In this document: piece by piece, positions 34,871-42,817 of the stretch | Layout: the number at the start of each line of letters is the position of its first letter | How positions within the stretch are numbered: position 1 is the stretch's first letter | NCBI GenBank assembly: GCA_938045545.1 | Contig: CALIBN010000023.1 | Coordinates: 1-44,772 of the forward strand | DNA length: 44,772 nucleotides | Direction: 5' to 3' | Origin: an uncultured archaeon | GTDB lineage: Archaea > Thermoproteota > EX4484-205 > JAAOZP01 | Notes under the pieces: model-generated | The model's database searches: none | What the model was told of the DNA's origin: nothing | The model's input: the letters and a program-made list of their open reading frames with translations, nothing else | Translations under genes and position numbers: made by a program

Positions 34871-36834
34871 GCAAGCCGGTTTACGAGTTGGAGAGGCTAA
34901 AGCAAGCTCAAAAATTCTTAGCGAGCGAAGAAGAGCGAGAAGAAAAGAGATTGAAAATAAGCAGGGTTGTTTTCAAGGACTTAGGTTCTTTCTTAATTCA
35001 GCAAGTTTGGAATAACGGCCCCAAGCTTCTTGTTTGGGATAAGGTTCAGAAACAAGTTTTGGATGTAAGAGAAGAATTCGAATATGATGGTGTTCGCTAC
35101 AAGCCCTTCGTTAAAATTCCGCTCAAGAGGAACGGCGAGCCAGCTATAGGCCTAGCCTCCTATCCTATGGACTACGGTTCTGAAAGAGAATTGATAAGCG
35201 AGGTCAAGGCTTTCATTCAAAAGTATTGCGAGCTGGAGCCGTCTTCTCTAGAATTTCTTTCTCGCTTTGTTCTCCACACCTGGATTTACGACTTTAACGA
35301 TTACGCGATCTACGTCTTTCTGCACGGCTTAATAGGGGTAGGAAAGACAAGGGTCGCTAAAATCCTATCGCTAGTTTGTTACAACTCGCTCTTTGTTAGC
35401 GGAAACACCAGTTTCTCGGCTTATAAAAGATTGATCTCCAGGTTCAGGGGGACTTTACTCATTAATGAGTTTGAGCCTAGAAATGATGACGACTCTGATG
35501 AAATTATTGCTTGGCTGAACAACGGGTTTGAAAAAGATAATCCTTTCGCACTCAGCAGAAAGAATGACCCAGAGAAACAGGATTTCTATGATTCATTCGG
35601 CCCAAAGGTTTTCACAACTAGGAGGCTGGTTGAGAACTCATCTCTGCTTTCGAGAGCGGTTCTTATCGAGATGCATGAAGCTAGCAGGAAGGATATTCCA
35701 GTCAAGCTAGGTAGGGAGGCTTATCTCCAGGCAGCACTTCTGAGAAACAAGCTTTTAATGTTCAGACTTAAGCACTATCATGATAGCTACGAATTAAGCC
35801 CAGAGCTAGATGAGAGACTCAGAAATGATTCCAACATTCCCCCCAGATTTAAACAGCAGGCCTTGCCTATGCTAACACTCTATGAAATCGCTGGCTTAAA
35901 CGTTGAAGAAGCTTTCGACTTCTACCACAAGCTTGGCCAAGAGTTTAAGAAGAGGGTTGCGACCACTACCTTAGAAGGAATCCTATTCAACGCTATCCTA
36001 GAAATCTGCCACCAGGATTCTTATGATGAAGAGTTTCTCGGCTTCATAGATGAAAATAAAAAGCTGGTAGGGGTTGGACTTAAGTTGCTCCAGAAGAGGG
36101 TTGACCTGTCCCAGCGGTTAATAGCGAAAACCCTTCAAAGAATTGGAATGGTTTCAGAGAAACGGAAGAAACCTGTTTTAATTTGGGACAAGGAGATAAA
36201 CAGTCCGGTTGTTAAAGATAGGACTTTAAGACTGTGGGTCTTTCCTAACGAAAAAGCATGGAGAGAGGCTTTCGAGAGATATTTTTATCAAGAGGATTCC
36301 AACCCAGGGAAAGACTTCTCCATAATACCTGAAGTCTTAAAGTCTTTAGTCTTCATGCCGGAGCCTAAGCCTAACGCTCTAACCCTTTCTGAACTAGGTG
36401 GCGCTAGTGGCGCTGGTGGCGTTTCTAGGAACAGGTATGAAAGTGGAGGCTCGAGTAACTTGACTGTGCCTACAAGTGCCACTTGTGCCACTTGTGCCAC
36501 CAACCAGAGTATTCTACCATTGGAAAATAATGAAACGTCTCAAGGATCGGTAGGAGAAACAGCCGAAAAACATAATGAAGATAGCCTTCTAAAGCCTGTT
36601 AACCCTATGGAAACAACCCCTTTAAACACTGGTTTCCAGGTTGAGCCTAAGCGTAATGCTACCCCTCACTCCGAGAACAATTATTTTCAAGGAGATCCTA
36701 GCATGGAGCATAGTAGCGTTCTTTATGCTTGTAAATCATGCTTGTCGGATCTGGAGGCCAAAGGGCAAGTTGTTGAAGCATGTGAAAAATGGGTGCAAAA
36801 GTGTGAGATATGCGGGGAAGTAGCTAGAGGTTAG
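34867..36834 (+). CDS. Rep-like P-loop ATPase/helicase with a C-terminal Zn finger
   Basis: GLIGVGKT Walker A, LLINEFE Walker B-like, GPKVFTT, LLSR arginine-finger-like motif, wHTH-like segment (LSQRLIAKTLQRIG) and terminal CKSC...CEIC. Confidence 0.7.
   Translation: MSKPVYELERLKQAQKFLASEEEREEKRLKISRVVFKDLGSFLIQQVWNNGPKLLVWDKVQKQVLDVREEFEYDGVRYKPFVKIPLKRNGEPAIGLASYPMDYGSERELISEVKAFIQKYCELEPSSLEFLSRFVLHTWIYDFNDYAIYVFLHGLIGVGKTRVAKILSLVCYNSLFVSGNTSFSAYKRLISRFRGTLLINEFEPRNDDDSDEIIAWLNNGFEKDNPFALSRKNDPEKQDFYDSFGPKVFTTRRLVENSSLLSRAVLIEMHEASRKDIPVKLGREAYLQAALLRNKLLMFRLKHYHDSYELSPELDERLRNDSNIPPRFKQQALPMLTLYEIAGLNVEEAFDFYHKLGQEFKKRVATTTLEGILFNAILEICHQDSYDEEFLGFIDENKKLVGVGLKLLQKRVDLSQRLIAKTLQRIGMVSEKRKKPVLIWDKEINSPVVKDRTLRLWVFPNEKAWREAFERYFYQEDSNPGKDFSIIPEVLKSLVFMPEPKPNALTLSELGGASGAGGVSRNRYESGGSSNLTVPTSATCATCATNQSILPLENNETSQGSVGETAEKHNEDSLLKPVNPMETTPLNTGFQVEPKRNATPHSENNYFQGDPSMEHSSVLYACKSCLSDLEAKGQVVEACEKWVQKCEICGEVARG
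36398..36500. repeat. Inverted arrays of 9-bp iterons inside the rep gene (putative ori)
   Basis: GTGGC x3 at 36398/36407/36416 faces GCCAC x3 ending at 36482/36491/36500. Confidence 0.7.
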
Positions 36835-36840
36835 ATTAGC

Positions 36841-38160
36841 ATGACTACCTGCCCTTTCTGCGGATCTTCGCTTGTTTTTAAGGCTGGTTTCAGAACAACT
36901 AGGACAGGTGAAAGAGTTCAGAGGTTTTTATGTAGGGTCTGTCTTAGACGTTTTTCTCTTAACTCTCAAATAAAGTCCGATATCGCTCTCAAGAACGCTG
37001 AAATGTCTGACCCGGCTGAGAACCTGGCCGAGTGCTTTCGCGTTAACTCTTTCACCTCTAAGCCAGCTTTCGAGGATTCTCCTCTCCCTTTCAGTAAAGA
37101 TGTAGCTCCTCATAATACTCCTATGACAGGAGAACATTTATATACCTTTGCCTCCCATGATAATAGTAGCAGGGAGGGAGAAGAACTCCCTGCTGGAGAA
37201 GTGGAGATGAGCAGCTCGGAGGGAGCTGTGACGAGCAGTATCCTGCTCCAGAAACCGGGGACTGGACAGGATAAGGAACTCGAAGGCAAACTAATAGGCT
37301 TCGCATGGTGGCTTAAGAAGCAGGGTAAGGCCGATGCGACGATTAAGAACTACGTTGCGATGCTCCGTCTATTGGTTAAGAACAACGCTAACCTTGAGGA
37401 TCCTGAGAGCGTTAAAGATGTTCTAGCCAAGGCAAATAAAAGCGATGGCTGGAAGGTTCTGGCGGTAAAGGCCTACAGCTCGTTTCTAAGCCTGATGGGT
37501 AAGACGTGGATCCCTCCTAAGGTTAAGGCGACTAGGCCCTTGCCCTTCATACCCATGGAGAAGGAGCTTGACGACTTGATAGCTGGCTGCGGCCCTAGGA
37601 CTTCAACACTGCTTCAGCTGCTTAAAGAGACCGGCATGAGGATAGGCGAGGCCCTAAGGCTGGCCTGGAAAGACATTGACTTGGAGAGAAGAGTAATAAT
37701 CCTGAATGAACCAGAGAAGAACTCTAACCCCAGGATCTTCAGGATAAGCCCCAAACTCGTAGGAATGCTTAACACGCTTCCTAAGACAAACGAAAGGATA
37801 TTTCCAACGGCTTACAACGTGATTAAGGCGAATTTCGAGGCTCAACGAAAGAGGCTGGCGAGGAAGCTTAACAACCCTAGGCTTCAAAACATAACCTTTC
37901 ACACCTTCAGGCATTGGAAGGCCACGATGGAGTATCACAAGACTAAAGACATCCTGCATGTCAAAGAGCTTCTCGGCCACAAGGATATTGAGAACACGAT
38001 GCTCTACATTCAGGTTGAGAAGGCCCTTTTCAACGAGGATAGCTCAGAGTTCACCGTTAAAGTCGCTAAAACACCGGAAGAGATTCAGAGCTTACTTGAG
38101 GCAGGCTTCGAATACGTTTGCGAGAAAGACGATCTAATGTTCTTCAGGAAGCGTAAATAG
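36841..38160 (+). CDS. Tyrosine recombinase/integrase with an N-terminal Zn ribbon
   Basis: CPFCGS...VQRFLCRVC; catalytic R (TGMR), K (EPEK), HxxR (HTFR), H (LGH) and Y (TMLY). Intact and next to attR. Confidence 0.95.
   Translation: MTTCPFCGSSLVFKAGFRTTRTGERVQRFLCRVCLRRFSLNSQIKSDIALKNAEMSDPAENLAECFRVNSFTSKPAFEDSPLPFSKDVAPHNTPMTGEHLYTFASHDNSSREGEELPAGEVEMSSSEGAVTSSILLQKPGTGQDKELEGKLIGFAWWLKKQGKADATIKNYVAMLRLLVKNNANLEDPESVKDVLAKANKSDGWKVLAVKAYSSFLSLMGKTWIPPKVKATRPLPFIPMEKELDDLIAGCGPRTSTLLQLLKETGMRIGEALRLAWKDIDLERRVIILNEPEKNSNPRIFRISPKLVGMLNTLPKTNERIFPTAYNVIKANFEAQRKRLARKLNNPRLQNITFHTFRHWKATMEYHKTKDILHVKELLGHKDIENTMLYIQVEKALFNEDSSEFTVKVAKTPEEIQSLLEAGFEYVCEKDDLMFFRKRK
36928..37113 (-). CDS. Putative nested antisense gene (61 aa, basic, helical) within the integrase linker
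   Basis: MRSYIFTERERRILESWLRGERVNAKALGQVLSRVRHFSVLESDIGLYLRVKRK. TATATAAA box at 37144-37137, 24 nt before the ATG, with GGAG upstream. Confidence 0.6.
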   Translation of the reverse strand: MRSYIFTERERRILESWLRGERVNAKALGQVLSRVRHFSVLESDIGLYLRVKRKTSKTDPT

Positions 38161-38205
38161 ATGCCTAAAAAGCCTTTCCTTACGGCTTAAATCCAGCCTA
38201 GAGAT

Positions 38206-38259
38206 GCATTATGCTTTTCTGCTCTAAAATATGTCTTTAAGCCCAGAAAAGCATAGTGC
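38206..38259. repeat. 16-bp inverted repeat (15/16) spanning attR
   Basis: GCATTATGCTTTTCTG 38206-21 versus CAGAAAAGCATAGTGC 38244-59. The single mismatch is a G-T/G-U pair. Confidence 0.85.
38236..38252 (+). repeat. attR core, the displaced original 3' end of gar1
   Basis: Reads TTT AAG CCC AGA AAA GCA TAG = FKPRKA-stop, the same peptide as at attL. Confidence 0.92.
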
Positions 38260-38314
38260 TCGGAAAACCTTTATAGCTTGGAAACGCTACTGTTAAAGTG
38301 GTGATAAAGCCTCG

Positions 38315-38728
38315 GTGGTCAGAAAGGTCTCGAGAAGATACAGGCTTGAGGGAAAGGTCCTTAACATCATAATGCGTTCCAAGGACGGCGTGGTTCAGAC
38401 AGACCTATACAAGATGCTTAACATATCGAGCAGAGAGGGGTCGAGAATCTGCTTGAAACTGGAGTCATGGGGGCTGATAAAGAGGGAGAAGGTTCTTCAC
38501 AAGGAGAGATGGACCTATAAGCTCTACTCGACGCGAAAGGTTCCAAAGATAGATTCGTTGAAGGGTTCACCATGCTTTGCATGCCAGTATTTCAACAGGA
38601 GTTGTTCACCAGGATCTGCAATAAGCCCTGAACGTTGCGAACTACTGGATAAGTGGATACTTACGATCGGCGTGGGGGGAGCGGATGCTGAAGTCAAAGA
38701 GGCGGTGGCTTCAAGAGAGGAAGCGTGA
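38315..38728 (+). CDS. Archaeal Rpc34 homologue / TFE-beta (wHTH + Fe-S cluster domain)
   Basis: wHTH (GVVQTDLYKMLNISSREGSRICLKLESWGLIKREK) plus PCFAC...C...PERC..L..W. It has its own GGAAAA-CCTTTATA promoter at ~38262-38275. Confidence 0.8.
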   Translation: MVRKVSRRYRLEGKVLNIIMRSKDGVVQTDLYKMLNISSREGSRICLKLESWGLIKREKVLHKERWTYKLYSTRKVPKIDSLKGSPCFACQYFNRSCSPGSAISPERCELLDKWILTIGVGGADAEVKEAVASREEA

Positions 38729-39305
38729 CCCATATTTTATACTTTCGAAAAAAGAGGGGTATCGTAGCAGGGCATCGTACAAGCTTAAGCAGATACTGGA
38801 TAAGTACAGGGTTATCAGAACAGGCGATATTGTTCTAGATATTGGATGCGCACCCGGAGGATGGCTTCAAGTTGCTTCTGAAGCCGTCGGTGAAACCGGG
38901 CTGGTTATTGGGGTGGATGTTAAGAAGGTTGAAAACCTGGGTCTTGAGAATATTAAGACAATCGTGCTCGACGTTTTTGACGAGGACTTTGTTGGAAAAG
39001 TTTTAAAAGAATCTAAAAGCAGGTTTGACGTGATTCTTTCAGACCTCTCGCCTAACATGTCTGGAATCTATGAGCTCGATCACGCTAGGCAGATCGAGAT
39101 GGTTGAAAGAGTCCTCCATCTGTCGAGGGACCTGTTGAAGACAGGAGGGTCGATGGTGATTAAGGTTTTCGAGGGAGAGGGTTCCGACAGAGTTTACAGA
39201 AGGGTTATGAGGCTCTTCAGGTTTATCAAAAGGTTTAAGCCTAAGGCTTCCCGCAAGGGAAGTTCAGAATTTTATCTGGTCGCCAAGTTTTTCAAAGGCT
39301 TCTAA
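38685..39305 (+). CDS. rlmE: 23S rRNA Um2552 methyltransferase (RlmE/FtsJ)
   Basis: YRSRASYKL, DIGCAPGGW, SDLSPN, KVF and KPKASR..SSEFY motifs. Confidence 0.95.
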   Translation: MLKSKRRWLQERKRDPYFILSKKEGYRSRASYKLKQILDKYRVIRTGDIVLDIGCAPGGWLQVASEAVGETGLVIGVDVKKVENLGLENIKTIVLDVFDEDFVGKVLKESKSRFDVILSDLSPNMSGIYELDHARQIEMVERVLHLSRDLLKTGGSMVIKVFEGEGSDRVYRRVMRLFRFIKRFKPKASRKGSSEFYLVAKFFKGF

Positions 39306-40479
39306 TAATTCTAACAAGCTCGTCAAGCCCAGCATCAGTCCTCACGCAATTATTATCGAAACCGCTTCTACACGCTATAAACCCTTCTCTCGCAAGCCTC
39401 TCTATAATAAGGCTTCTCCCAGGGGGGTTCACATGCAGGCTTGAAGCCAACCCGGTTAAATCAATGCTTCCCACAATCTTCTGGTCATCTGAGACTAGGG
39501 TTTCAAGGGTTTTGAAAACATCTTTATCCACAAATGTATTCTCTGTTTTCAGAAGCAGCATTTTCTCAAGCCATTCCCTAGAGTATGTCTGACCAGTGTA
39601 GAGCGGCCCCAGCAGCAGGGAGTCCTTCTCACATCCTTCTTCAACGTCAACCACGCCTAGTGGCACATATATTTTCTCAACCCTCCTTAATTTAAGAAAC
39701 CTGATTTGCGAAACACTTTTGAAAGCATGTTTCCTACCTTTCAAAACTCTTACTAAAACCTTAACGTAATGCCTCCTCGTAACTGAAACAATAGGTTCTA
39801 TTCCTCTTTCATTCCTAGCGGCAGCCTCGGCCACTGCTTTAAGCAGAACCCTGACTCCAATCTCCCGCATGAAGCCGGTTTTCAAAACATTCACGCCGTA
39901 AAGCATTCTCGCAGCCCGCTTATGCACGCCGAAAAGGTTGGCTGTGTCAGTGGCGGTTACGCTGAGCACGCCACCGTGTTTAACAGCTTGAAAACAAGTG
40001 TCAAGAAACCTTACGGGTGTTCCGAAAGGATCTAGCTCGAGCATGTCAAACCTGCTGCCCCTAGGGGAATGTTCCACGTGGAAAACATTCGCATCCATTT
40101 TAGACGCGTGCAGCCTCTCCTCCAGCCTGTTCAGCCTAATATTCATAACTATGGTTGCAAAGGCTCTTTGGCTTGAATCGTTCACATAGGCCTCATCCCA
40201 CCCTGCCTCCGTAACAACCCTTATCGATCTTACTCCGACGCCCGCCATAGAATCGCCGAAAAAGAGGCTGTGCCCAACCCTCCTCCTGATCACACTAGCA
40301 ACCATCACTGTGAAATCCCTATTCTCCTTCATCAAAGGGTTGTAGAATACGGGTGCCTTAGAAGGCACGTATTCATTCGGCGAAACCCTGTAGTAATCCA
40401 GTTTGGGAACGATTATTTCAGCCCTCCCCTCCCTGATGCTCATAGTTTCGAAATCCATCCCGTTCCCGGTTTTCTCCAC
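39292..40479 (-). CDS. trm1: tRNA (guanine26-N2)-dimethyltransferase
   Basis: PVFYNP, NRD, GVGVRSIR, LDPFGTP, VTATD and GPLY motifs. Confidence 0.94.
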   Translation of the reverse strand: MEKTGNGMDFETMSIREGRAEIIVPKLDYYRVSPNEYVPSKAPVFYNPLMKENRDFTVMVASVIRRRVGHSLFFGDSMAGVGVRSIRVVTEAGWDEAYVNDSSQRAFATIVMNIRLNRLEERLHASKMDANVFHVEHSPRGSRFDMLELDPFGTPVRFLDTCFQAVKHGGVLSVTATDTANLFGVHKRAARMLYGVNVLKTGFMREIGVRVLLKAVAEAAARNERGIEPIVSVTRRHYVKVLVRVLKGRKHAFKSVSQIRFLKLRRVEKIYVPLGVVDVEEGCEKDSLLLGPLYTGQTYSREWLEKMLLLKTENTFVDKDVFKTLETLVSDDQKIVGSIDLTGLASSLHVNPPGRSLIIERLAREGFIACRSGFDNNCVRTDAGLDELVRIIRSL

Positions 40480-40554
40480 GCTTCCAGTATCCGTTGAACA
40501 GCTTAAAAAACTGTTGAGAAACCCTTTTATCCATCCTAAGCCTCCGCACGCCTA

Positions 40555-41895
40555 ATGTACGACGTGTGCGTAGCAGGCGCGGGCGTGGCTGGCGCAACGC
40601 TTGCCAGGGAAGCAGCCAGAAAAGGGCTGAAAGTTCTCCTGGTGGATAAGTCGCCCCGGGAGAAGGTTGGAGACAAGGTTTGCGGAGACGCGCTTGGCTC
40701 ACATCATTTGGAGAGGCTCAGGCTAACCCTGCCCAGTGAAACCTATTTCTCCATATACCCTGGGATAGAAATATACTCTCCCGACATGCATACTCGCCTC
40801 AGCGTAGTTGCCGAGGGCTTAAGCGCGTACGCTCTAAACAGGCTTGAATTCGGTCAGTTTCTCCTTAAACTTGCCTTGGACGCTGGGTGCGAGTTTAAGC
40901 CGGAGACGCAGGCCAGAGGGCTGATCATGGAGCAGGGTTGCGTTAAAGGAGTTAGGCTGGTTGGCAAGAATGGTTTTAAACAGGATGTTTACGCGAAGGT
41001 GACTGTGGATGCTACGGGTGCTTCAAGAGTTCTCTCTAGAGAACTTCAAAAAGTGGGCTTTGACCAGGAGCTTGACGATGATGAAACACTCGTGTGCTAC
41101 AGAGAGATCCTGGAGACGAGGACGACTCCTCCCATCCCAGCCATCTACCTAGATATGGATGACGCTCCCGGAGGCTACTTCTGGGTTTTCCCGGAGGGGG
41201 AGGGAAGGGTTAACGCGGGCCTAGGCGTCGCCAAGGGCTCGGCGAATCCTAAGCTTCTCTTCAGAAAATGGGTCGACAAGCTTCCCTGCCTTAAGGATAA
41301 TATCGTAGGCGTTGTCCACAGGGGTGGGGGAATAGTTCCCGCCAGGAGGCCCATAGACTCGGCTGTTTGGAACGGCTTTATAGCTGTGGGAGACGCGGCT
41401 TTCATGGTTAACCCTCTGCACGGTGGGGGAATAGGGTCTTCCATGACCGGCGGCTTCCTTGCGGCCAAGGTTGTTGCAGAAGCTTTGGAGATGGGCCGTG
41501 TAGACGAGGAATCCCTATGGGGGTTCAACACGGAGTATATGAGAAGCTACGGTTTTAAGCAGGCTTCTCTAGACGTTTTCAGGGTTTTCCTACAGGGCTT
41601 GAACAATGAGCTTATAAACTACGGCTTAGCCCAGGGGCTTATTAAAAGCGGGGATCTTTTGGAGGCGAGCATGGGCGGGAGTCTTAGGCTCAACATTACT
41701 GAGAAGGCTTCAAGGTTTTTCGCGGGAATCGGTAAACCGGGCTTTCTTATGAAGCTTAACAGGACTGTTAAGCTAATGGAGGATTTCAGGCAGTTTTATG
41801 TGGATTACCCGCCTCATAGGGGGTTCGGCGTGTGGAGAATAAAGGTAAGGGGGTTCCACAAAAGGGTTCACGAGGAAGTTGGAAGAGCATCTTAA
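40555..41895 (+). CDS. Geranylgeranyl reductase family (DGGGPL reductase)
   Basis: GAGVAG, KVCGDA, PGGYFWVFP and VGDAAFMVNPLHGGGI motifs. Confidence 0.92.
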   Translation: MYDVCVAGAGVAGATLAREAARKGLKVLLVDKSPREKVGDKVCGDALGSHHLERLRLTLPSETYFSIYPGIEIYSPDMHTRLSVVAEGLSAYALNRLEFGQFLLKLALDAGCEFKPETQARGLIMEQGCVKGVRLVGKNGFKQDVYAKVTVDATGASRVLSRELQKVGFDQELDDDETLVCYREILETRTTPPIPAIYLDMDDAPGGYFWVFPEGEGRVNAGLGVAKGSANPKLLFRKWVDKLPCLKDNIVGVVHRGGGIVPARRPIDSAVWNGFIAVGDAAFMVNPLHGGGIGSSMTGGFLAAKVVAEALEMGRVDEESLWGFNTEYMRSYGFKQASLDVFRVFLQGLNNELINYGLAQGLIKSGDLLEASMGGSLRLNITEKASRFFAGIGKPGFLMKLNRTVKLMEDFRQFYVDYPPHRGFGVWRIKVRGFHKRVHEEVGRAS

Positions 41896-41983
41896 ACGCT
41901 GTTTCTATAGCGGTAGAAGCTTATTCTCAACTATCGTCTCCCGGGGAAATGCTTATTACCCTTTTTTCTAAAAGTTTCTCCAA

Positions 41984-42682
41984 TTGGGAAACACGGTCTT
42001 GAATACTGTTAGACCCAGTAAATCGGAAGTAGTGTTGACATGGTTGAACAAATACTCATGCGTATACGTTGCAACCCAGACGCAAAGACTACTCTTCAAC
42101 CCCTCCGAGATAAGCATCGGCGAAGTCGAGCCTGTAGACTACACCCTGATAACTGACGAGCAGCCTGAGCACTTCGACGAGAACCTGATAACAGAGCTAT
42201 GCCTTCTAAAGAAGTCTGGGAAAATAATCGCTGATGAAACAAGCTACAGGATTCTCCGGTCGCATATCCCTAAGGAGATGCTTATCGCAGCCAAGCCTAA
42301 CAAGCTGCTCGTAAGCAACGGGCTTATAATCAAATCATATCCGAGTGAAAATTCTGAGGCTTCAACGCCAGTAACATACATGGTTACGCTTGAAAACGGG
42401 TGCAAGATTTTCCAGACAGGCTCCTCTCCCGTGTCAAAGGCTTTGAAAAAGGTGACTATGGAGGAGAAGCCTGATATAACGTTCATACCAGTAGGCTTCA
42501 ACCCTATGCTTAACGCCGCCTCATGGGTTGAATCCGCTGAAAACTCCAACTCTAAAATAGTTATACCCTACCACGGCGAGGACCTTGCCGTTTTTCAACG
42601 CTCCGTGAAGAGGAAAGGCTTGAAAATAGGGATAGTAATACTTAAAGTCGGGGAGCCTTTTATATATAGAATCGGCCTGTAA
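41984..42682 (+). CDS. Degenerate metallo-beta-lactamase-fold protein (UlaG-like), metal ligands mostly lost
   Basis: The fold pattern is recognisable (LTWL, LLFNP, DYTLITDEQPEHFD, IFQTGSS, PDITFIPVG, VIPYH), but HxHxDH reads DEQPEH. Confidence 0.7.
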   Translation: MGNTVLNTVRPSKSEVVLTWLNKYSCVYVATQTQRLLFNPSEISIGEVEPVDYTLITDEQPEHFDENLITELCLLKKSGKIIADETSYRILRSHIPKEMLIAAKPNKLLVSNGLIIKSYPSENSEASTPVTYMVTLENGCKIFQTGSSPVSKALKKVTMEEKPDITFIPVGFNPMLNAASWVESAENSNSKIVIPYHGEDLAVFQRSVKRKGLKIGIVILKVGEPFIYRIGL

Positions 42683-42817
42683 GGCATTTTGGAAACGATG
42701 CTGAGCGAGCATTTAGCTTAAAGACAGTCTTAACGCGCACCGTATCCTCTTACGGTGGTCGTTTTCACCGGTTGGAAAGGCTTAAAGATAAGCTACTACA
42801 CTTAAAGCGGAAGCCAT

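Larger units (their letters stand above)
32721..38252. mobile_element. Integrated plasmid- or satellite-like element (5515-bp excisable unit)
   Basis: 17-bp direct repeats at both ends, integrase next to attR, Rep-like ATPase and AbrB regulator. It interrupts the conserved gar1 to Rpc34/TFE-beta gene order. Confidence 0.9.

Noticed and set aside
36841-38160. SSV1-type split integrase, or tRNA-Pro as the integration site
   Set aside because: The integrase is whole, the att repeat lies outside it, and neither element end resembles the tRNA.
38172-38191. GCCTTTCC and GGCTTAAA as additional guide segments complementary to 32701-08 and the att core
   Set aside because: Eight-mers are plausible by chance, both overlap the arms of the AAGCC/GGCTT hairpin, and their order is not colinear with the target. 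Not counted as evidence without homologue covariation.
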